Shown here: one piece after another, positions 46,237 to 52,210 of the stretch
How positions within the stretch are numbered: the stretch's first letter is position 1
How the letters are laid out: every line of letters starts with the position of its first letter
Assembly (NCBI GenBank): GCA_963422205.2
Contig: OY728594.2
Span: forward strand, 1-52,210
Length of the DNA: 52,210 nt
Source: Gammaproteobacteria bacterium
GTDB taxonomy: Bacteria; Pseudomonadota; Gammaproteobacteria; Eutrophobiales; Eutrophobiaceae
Direction of reading: 5' to 3'
Program-made: the position numbers and the translations under genes
Notes under the pieces: model-generated
What the model saw: the letters and a program-made list of their open reading frames with translations, nothing else
Databases searched by the model: none
Told to the model about the DNA's origin: nothing

Positions 46237-46848
46237 TTACGCCGCTTCTAGCAGCTTGATCAATTGATTGGCCTGCCGCTGCCGGGCAGCAGTGGCAGCA
46301 CGGGCGGCATCTGCGGCACGGACGGCACGGGCCGCATAGGCGGCGGCATAGGCGGCGGCATCTACGGCATAGGCAGCACGGGCGGTATCTTCTGAGGCAC
46401 AGGCGGCATGGGCGGCACGGGCCGCATAGGCGGCGGCATCTACAACACGGGCGGCATCTACGGCATCTGCGGCACGGGGGGTATCTTCTGAGGCACAGGC
46501 GGCGACATAGGCGACATAGGCGGCACAAACAACATTAGCGGCTTTTCTTGCCACCTCTTTATCTACCTTTTCGCCTCTTGCCGCTGGCCCTGTGACTTCG
46601 CGGCGCACACGCGCCACAGCTTCTGTTACGTTCGCATCGTCCACCTTGGGGAGGTCCTCAAGCAGCCAGTCGAGAAATTGCCAGATTACGCGGCTTAGAT
46701 CAGCGCCGGGCTGGATCGCGCCAAGAAACCGCTCGGGCCACGCCTGCGCATCAGCGAACGGCAGGGCTTCGAAAATGCTGTCTTCCAGGCGCGCCATGAT
46801 CGCCAGCGCTTTTGTCTTGAGGTCAGGATTGTTGTGGTAAGCTAACAT
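46237..46848 (-). CDS. MLAYHN-family paralog F with in-frame deletion of the Cys/His segment
   Basis: Reads ...ALAIM/ARLED..., lacking about 51 aa that include GCAVGC. Confidence 0.75.
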   Translation of the reverse strand: MLAYHNNPDLKTKALAIMARLEDSIFEALPFADAQAWPERFLGAIQPGADLSRVIWQFLDWLLEDLPKVDDANVTEAVARVRREVTGPAARGEKVDKEVARKAANVVCAAYVAYVAACASEDTPRAADAVDAARVVDAAAYAARAAHAACASEDTARAAYAVDAAAYAAAYAARAVRAADAARAATAARQRQANQLIKLLEAA

Positions 46849-46865
46849 GATGAGTCCTCTCTTCA

Positions 46866-46910
46866 TTTGTTGTATCTGTCAACTTACTTATCTATTCTTT
46901 AACTGTCAAC
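46866..46910 (-). promoter_or_regulatory. Repeated sigma70-like promoter (copy 2)
   Basis: Identical to 31251-31295. Confidence 0.8.
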
Positions 46911-46921
46911 CCCATATCTCA

Positions 46922-49357
46922 CTAAATTGGAAAAAATGTCTTTTTCAGCGGCCCGCCGTTGGGGTTTTGCTCTCCTTCAAATCGCACTGACCCCTGCCGT
47001 TCCAGTGCCTCCAGAATATCCCGCAAATCGCGGGACTTGATGCGTCGGAATTTGCGCTGAACATCTCTATACAATCGGCCCTTATCCCCGCCGGTTTGGA
47101 TGAATCGCTCCACGTCATTTACATCGCGCTCGTGCTGATTGTCGGCAATGTGACTACTGATATTGCTGATCATGACATTGGCACTCCACCACGCCAGCGC
47201 ATGACCAATTTCCATGTCGCGGCCATCGATCTCGGGGCGATCAACATTCCGCCCCACGGCGCTGATCAAGGCGATTTTGATTGCATTTTCAGTGACGCGG
47301 CGCAGCACCGGGGCAGCCCCCTTGACTCCCTGCTTTTCGGCATAATCAGCAAAAGCCGTCTCTTTCTCTTTCAATCCAGCCCTTTGTTTTTCCGCTGCTT
47401 CATTCATCGGCACTGTGACGGCCGGGGAATGCCCCAGATTACCGCGCGCGCGCTCTGATATTGCCGCCTGCAACTGCACAATTGCATCCGCGACCTCTTC
47501 CGTCGCCGAAACATCCATGGCTTTGGGTGCAGTATCGCCCAACGGAAACACCAGATACCGGGCAATCGACCCATCCTCCATGTGCGACGAGCCAAAGGCA
47601 CGCCAGAATTGTTCCGGCGTTGCCATTCCAAAGAGGCACAGATTCGGACAGTCAATCTGCGCAGGTTCCTGGGTTGCGTAGGCTGTGCCGGTAAAAATCG
47701 TGTTAGCTGCGGAAAACAGCGCGGTGAACTCTGTCAAGATTTGTTTTGCGTGCATCCCGGTGCCCGGCAGCCCAATCTGTTGCAGCATGTGCCCAAATTC
47801 ATCGAGAAAACAAACGCGGCGCGGTTCCACGGTCAGCATTTTCAACAGCCCTGGCCCCGATGCAATCCGGTCCTGCCCGATTAAATTTGCCACACCGCCT
47901 GCCCTCATTATTTCTTTTGCGGGATTTACCAGCGAGGTCTTGCCCCGCCCTGATCCGCCCAGTGCGACGCTGTAAATATTTGTGCGTAGCCCTGTCGCGG
48001 ATTCATAATGGCGTCCCATGACCGCGCCCAGCACCGGCAATGCCACCGCCAGCGCCCCTGCCTCTGTTGCTGTTACAGATGCGCTATCGATATGCGCGGC
48101 CAAATCTCCCAAAAGCCCGTCGCAAACGCTGAATTCCTGAATTGGAAAATCCGGCACCTGGCGCGGCAACATCTTATCCCAATCTCCTGCACTCGGTGGC
48201 GCAATTGGCTTGATTTTACGATAGCTGCGTGTGCCCGGAAATACCGGTAATGTGCCCCAACGACCTGGCTCTACCGATTCAACTTCAGCCGCCTCCGGGC
48301 ACGGCGGGACTCTCTGCTCTGGCGGTATCACCTCAGCCGCTCCCGCGCCTCGCTCCGGTCTGATATACCCGCCCAGCCAGTCCATTGCAGTCGCCACAGA
48401 GCAGTCCCGCGCGGCCATTACCACGTCAATAGGCGTGTAAGACCGATCCGCGCCAAAATCCACGATGCCACCCGTTACAGCTTTGAGATTGGGATTGCGG
48501 TCGTGCAGCGGTCTTCCCTGCGAGCTATCGCGCCAAAACGGCACGGCCTCCCATGCGCCCGGCCCGCGTTGCCGCGTCTTTGGCATGTCTAACTCAGGCC
48601 ACCAGACATCAATCGATTCCATGGCCCGGTCATTGACAGACCGGCCCATCGGCTTCTCCAGATCGTGATCCGTGGAGACCGATCGCTCAAAATCTGTCTC
48701 CCGAACCCGGCGCGGGGCCTGCTTTGACAAACCGATCTTTGTCAGTTCCCGATCCAGCGCCGCCAGTTCCGCCCCGCCAAATTCCGGCAATTCCGAAATA
48801 TCGGTATTCTCCAAAGTATCCGTCGCCACCAGCCACTTATACGGACGATTGGTTTTGGGATGGATTGAGGGCGGCAAAACAGACTGTGTGCCGTGCAGCA
48901 GCAGCTCGACCCGCACCGCGCCGTCTTTATCATACCAGCGGACACGTGCCGTGTGCTCCTCCAATCCCGGGCCCTGTCGATAATATGCCATCCAGCCCTT
49001 GCTGCCCCGACGCCGCACCATAGAGGGCTCGTGCGCGGCATAAATCGCAGTCGCAATCTCTGCATCATCACTGTCAAGATCGAGACCGATCACCGCGCCG
49101 TGGGCTATGCAAACGTTTGCCTCGGGCCACGTCTCCCACTGATCATGTACAAAGGGCGCGGCTTGCGTGTCGCAATATTTCGTCCATCCGGGCATTGGAC
49201 GCCACTGGCCGTTTTTATATTGACCGGGGATCTGTGTGCCGGGCTTGATCGGGATAACGTGATAGCCATTTTCGCGCAGATTTGATCCGACGCGGGCATA
49301 GGGAGAGAGGTCAAGTTCGCCCTTCTCAACCGTCGGTTTTTCGGGTATATCTGTCAA
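46922..49357 (-). CDS. Bifunctional Prim-Pol primase fused to a P-loop (DUF3987-like) helicase domain
   Basis: VIPIKPG, IGLDLD, SVLPPSIHP.T..PY.W in the N-terminus. GGSGRGKT Walker A and FLDEFG Walker B in the C-terminus. Confidence 0.85.
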   Translation of the reverse strand: MTDIPEKPTVEKGELDLSPYARVGSNLRENGYHVIPIKPGTQIPGQYKNGQWRPMPGWTKYCDTQAAPFVHDQWETWPEANVCIAHGAVIGLDLDSDDAEIATAIYAAHEPSMVRRRGSKGWMAYYRQGPGLEEHTARVRWYDKDGAVRVELLLHGTQSVLPPSIHPKTNRPYKWLVATDTLENTDISELPEFGGAELAALDRELTKIGLSKQAPRRVRETDFERSVSTDHDLEKPMGRSVNDRAMESIDVWWPELDMPKTRQRGPGAWEAVPFWRDSSQGRPLHDRNPNLKAVTGGIVDFGADRSYTPIDVVMAARDCSVATAMDWLGGYIRPERGAGAAEVIPPEQRVPPCPEAAEVESVEPGRWGTLPVFPGTRSYRKIKPIAPPSAGDWDKMLPRQVPDFPIQEFSVCDGLLGDLAAHIDSASVTATEAGALAVALPVLGAVMGRHYESATGLRTNIYSVALGGSGRGKTSLVNPAKEIMRAGGVANLIGQDRIASGPGLLKMLTVEPRRVCFLDEFGHMLQQIGLPGTGMHAKQILTEFTALFSAANTIFTGTAYATQEPAQIDCPNLCLFGMATPEQFWRAFGSSHMEDGSIARYLVFPLGDTAPKAMDVSATEEVADAIVQLQAAISERARGNLGHSPAVTVPMNEAAEKQRAGLKEKETAFADYAEKQGVKGAAPVLRRVTENAIKIALISAVGRNVDRPEIDGRDMEIGHALAWWSANVMISNISSHIADNQHERDVNDVERFIQTGGDKGRLYRDVQRKFRRIKSRDLRDILEALERQGSVRFEGEQNPNGGPLKKTFFPI

Positions 49358-49455
49358 TGTGTGGTCGCTCCTTGTGTAAGCGTTTGGGAGAGGCTTGCTG
49401 CATGAGCCTCTTCACACACAAGCTACCCCTACCGCATGCAATTCTCAAGCGGTTT

Positions 49456-49778
49456 GGGACAAAACCGGGACAAAACTTGGCCATAACGGACAAAACCCCT
49501 TAAGTCATTGAAATCACTATACAACGTTTTGTCCCATAACTCCGGACAAAACGGTTAATAACTCTCGTTGTTAACCGTTTTTACATTTTTTGGCCGGGAC
49601 ATAACTGGACAAATGGACAAAACTTGGGACAAAACTAAGGCAAAAAAATGTAATAAAATCAATATATTATAAATTATTATATAGTTATTTACATTTGTCC
49701 CTATGTATTTCTAAGTGTATAGATATGTAAAGCTGTCACGCGCGGGCGCATGTACGCGCGCGCGTGCATGTACGCGCA
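49456..49778. other. Putative replication origin (iterons, AT-rich tract, IHF-like site)
   Basis: About 10 copies of (G)GGACAAAAC in both orientations, AT-rich 49640-49730, WATCAANNNNTTR match at 49657-49669. Adjacent to the primase gene. Confidence 0.7.
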
Positions 49779-49895
49779 AGGGTGAGACTCAAAGCAAAAC
49801 ATCGATGGGTTGGATCAGAAATAGCTCTCAGAGGCGCTGTAAGGCCCCTCAGAGGCCCTTAAAAGGTTTTTAGCTACCCCTGCCCCAAAAACAAC

Positions 49896-49921
49896 AAAAC
49901 GGCCCTGTACGGGCCGTTTTT
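49896..49921. terminator. Bidirectional terminator-like hairpin
   Basis: AAAACGGCCC-TGTAC-GGGCCGTTTTT. Confidence 0.6.
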
Positions 49922-49995
49922 AAAGGGTTCGGGCTACGGATCAGATCAAGCAGTCAAAGCCGCTCAATATCCTTTCAGTTGATTGCCCTGGTTAC

Positions 49996-50235
49996 TCAGC
50001 CAAATGACGGATCAAAATCACGCTCAATTGCGTGCATAACTGCAAATTTACGCATGCTAAATCCGTTGCTCTCGTGCCTGATTTGCGTTTGCGTCTTCTC
50101 GTCAAATTTAGACACGATCCAGCCGTCCTTCGATGCCAGTTTCCACACGTCCCAGCCGCGCAATTTTGCTTCTGTCATCGCGACTTTGTCTGTCATGGTG
50201 TGACGCTTAAGCAATTGTTTCTCATAATTCGTCAT
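49996..50235 (-). CDS. Small hypothetical early protein
   Basis: AAGGAGAGAG RBS and its own repeated-family promoter. Confidence 0.6.
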   Translation of the reverse strand: MTNYEKQLLKRHTMTDKVAMTEAKLRGWDVWKLASKDGWIVSKFDEKTQTQIRHESNGFSMRKFAVMHAIERDFDPSFG

Positions 50236-50261
50236 TTTCTCTCTCCTTTGTTACAACTATC

Positions 50262-50290
50262 AACCTAATCATCTATGCATTAACTGTCAA
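50262..50290 (-). promoter_or_regulatory. Repeated sigma70-like promoter (diverged copy 3)
   Basis: TTGACA-17-TAGGTT with spacer similarity (GTTAA...ATAGAT) to copies 1 and 2. Confidence 0.7.
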
Positions 50291-50388
50291 CCCAATATCT
50301 TAATTTTTTTCAGATTTTTTTTTAAGTTCTTGATTTTAAACAGTATTTTTTAGTTTTGCGAGACTCGAAAAACCGCTAAAATCAAATC

Positions 50389-50781
50389 ATGGCGCAGGGT
50401 GTTAAACATATCGTTACCAAAGAAAATCTCAAAACCGTCCACGATTTTGGCGCAGTCGGAGTCCCGACCCCAGAATGCGCGCGCTATCTCGGAATCAGCG
50501 AAAGCACATTTAATCGCAAATACCTGACCGAATACAAAAACGCGTTTACCCAGGCGAATCAAAACGTCTCAAACAGTCTCTATAATCAAGCGAGAAAGGG
50601 CAACGTAAGCGCTTGTATTTGGTGGGAAAAAACGAGACAATGCCGATCCGAAAAACGGGTGATAGAGGGCGATCCAGACAAACCGATTACCCACGCGCAC
50701 GTGCCCGTGACAGATCGAGATACAGCCCGACGCATCGCCTATGCCCTTGCCGCCGGAATGAACACCGAAGGCGAGGAATGA
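50389..50781 (+). CDS. terS: Terminase small subunit
   Basis: HTH (CARYLGISESTF) plus LYNQARKGNVSACIWWEKTR and DTARRIAYAL, as in small terminases of this type. Confidence 0.7.
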   Translation: MAQGVKHIVTKENLKTVHDFGAVGVPTPECARYLGISESTFNRKYLTEYKNAFTQANQNVSNSLYNQARKGNVSACIWWEKTRQCRSEKRVIEGDPDKPITHAHVPVTDRDTARRIAYALAAGMNTEGEE

Positions 50782-50782
50782 T

Positions 50783-51133
50783 TTAGGCACCCGGGACCGA
50801 GCGATTGGCTAGCGCTAAGGTCAGCGCCCGCTTCCACCAGAGCGGGCGGCGGATGGGATCAGCGCTTGCATAAATATCAGCTGCGCCGCAGAAATCACCG
50901 CCCGATCGGGCATCGCGCTGATGTGTCCAAGGAACATCATGATCACTGATTCTGACAGTGCGATTTTTTTTGCGGATATAATAGCTGCTTATCCGACCTT
51001 CGCGATCTTTACTTGACCTGACTTTCAGCCCCATTTGCCGCGCAACTCGCGCAGCAAGTTTAAGCCGAAGTCCTTCCACGGACAAATCATTGTTTCCGTG
51101 GATCATTTTGGGCCAAACTTGCAACAAATCCAA
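50783..51133 (-). CDS. Hypothetical protein
   Basis: SSYYI....TVRISDH motif. Start codon uncertain. Confidence 0.45.
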   Translation of the reverse strand: MDLLQVWPKMIHGNNDLSVEGLRLKLAARVARQMGLKVRSSKDREGRISSYYIRKKNRTVRISDHDVPWTHQRDARSGGDFCGAADIYASADPIRRPLWWKRALTLALANRSVPGA

Positions 51134-51228
51134 ATCAATCGGATTTCCTGCGCTGCGATTGCTTTAGCGCAACGCTGATGCATAATCAAAGCAACCGTTA
51201 ATCAATCAATGGAAACGAAACACGACTA

Positions 51229-52210
51229 ATGACCGGCCCCCGTCTCGATCCCGTATCTGATCGCCTCGATCTCCTGCGGACCCTCAGCGGCCCGCAACTA
51301 ACTGTGTCCCGAGGCGCATTTGCCCGGTCTCAGCTATCGATAGACACCGCGACCAACAAGCTGGGCAGCTATTTTGCCCGCCGTCGATCTCCCGATCTCT
51401 TCGACAATGAGGAGGCCGCTCTTGACGCCCTGCTACAACAGCGCATCGATCTCGGATTGCAGAAGTGGCGAGAGACTGATCCAGCCCGGCGGGAGTCGCT
51501 CAGTGTAGCCCTGGCCTACAATGCCCGCGCTGTCGCAGAGCAGCGCGCTGCAATCGAGGCCGCGCAATACGACGATGGGCGGCTAATCTCTCCTGACCAG
51601 CTTACAGCAGAGTACGGGCACCTGGGGCTGACATTTGACGCGCCTATGACCCCCGCGGGCGCGGCTGCGCTGGCAGGAGAGACCAGGCGGGCGCAAATAC
51701 AGGAGCAAATAGCAGCCCGCGCCCCGCGGGGGATCACAACCGCCGCCGTCGGCTTTGGCGCTAATATTATTGCATCTGCGACTGATCCGATTGAGCTAGC
51801 GAGCGCATTTATTCCGGTTGTCGGACCGGCGGGCCGGGCAGCGCTGGGCGTCAATGCAGCGACGCGGGCAGGGCGCATTGCCGGACGGGCCAAAGTCGGC
51901 GCTATCCAAGGCGCCACGGGCGCGGCCCTCCTAGAGCCGCTGTATTACGGTCTCTCTCGTGATGCGCAGTTAGATTATGAGATGAGCGATGTGCTCACAA
52001 ACATCGGCATTGGCGCTATACTGGGCGGCGGTGGTGGCGTCATATCCGGCGCGCTTTCTCGCAGCCCGCTCGCAATCGTCAATGTAGACGCTGATATAGA
52101 AGCACCCGGCTCGCCCCCCGTGTTGCTACTCCCCGAGCCTGACAGGCCGACTATTGCCGGACTACTCCCCCCGCCCGCAATCGTCCCTCCCGTCGATCCG
52201 TCCGCTGCCA
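51229..52210 (+). CDS. Internal virion protein, 5' part (runs off the window end; absent from the ORF track)
   Basis: ATG at 51229, then 327 open codons (MTGPRLDPV...DPIELASAFIPVVG...NIGIGAILGGGGG...DPSAA) with no stop. Confidence 0.75.
   Translation, partial: MTGPRLDPVSDRLDLLRTLSGPQLTVSRGAFARSQLSIDTATNKLGSYFARRRSPDLFDNEEAALDALLQQRIDLGLQKWRETDPARRESLSVALAYNARAVAEQRAAIEAAQYDDGRLISPDQLTAEYGHLGLTFDAPMTPAGAAALAGETRRAQIQEQIAARAPRGITTAAVGFGANIIASATDPIELASAFIPVVGPAGRAALGVNAATRAGRIAGRAKVGAIQGATGAALLEPLYYGLSRDAQLDYEMSDVLTNIGIGAILGGGGGVISGALSRSPLAIVNVDADIEAPGSPPVLLLPEPDRPTIAGLLPPPAIVPPVDPSAA

Noticed and set aside
35795-46528. Long antisense or alternative-frame ORFs (35795..36418, 38796..39242, 45400..45870, 46001..46528; Gly- or Cys/Arg-rich)
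   Set aside because: They are shadows of the GCC-rich Ala repeats, which lack stops in other frames. RBS and promoters support only the MLAYHN frame.
30541-46848. Diversity-generating retroelement as the source of paralog variation (BPP-1-like virion genes invite this idea)
   Set aside because: No reverse transcriptase ORF, no TR/VR pair, and differences are block-wise rather than adenine-specific.
49456-49701. CRISPR-like or mini-array
   Set aside because: Repeats are only ~9-10 bp, irregularly spaced and in both orientations. They fit iterons better, and no cas genes are present.
51516-51917. Minus-strand 133-aa ORF
   Set aside because: Antisense shadow of the longer plus-strand ORF starting at 51229.

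Overview
The window looks like an essentially complete, probably circularly permuted ~52 kb podovirus genome with BPP-1/epsilon15-type virion genes. The host is inferred to be an alphaproteobacterium, likely Rhodobacteraceae. The left half encodes internal virion proteins, tailspike/fibre proteins, TerL, portal, scaffold, capsid, adaptor, nozzle, an SLT-containing ejection protein, a heme oxygenase and tail fibres. The right half encodes lysis, recombination/replication (Sak4-like ATPase, SSB, RusA, exonuclease, SF2 helicase, Prim-Pol primase), an iteron-like origin and TerS. I see no integrase, CI repressor, DNA or RNA polymerase, tRNA, CRISPR array or reverse transcriptase. Standout observations: (1) six dispersed paralogs of one Cys/His-head plus Ala-repeat gene, whose segments are combinatorially shuffled and which sit behind repeated promoter, hairpin and RBS elements; (2) a tail adaptor gene built from five tandem domains, three of them identical 591-bp repeats; (3) an intact IS1595 transposon (perfect 25-bp TIRs, 8-bp TSD) carrying a C5-MTase plus endonuclease, and a decayed nested pair of IS1595-like elements with methyltransferase cargo; (4) a structured RNA leader before the capsid gene; (5) a stand-alone heme oxygenase; (6) a virion gene block lying between terS and terL. 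All functional calls come from motif recognition by eye, not database searches.
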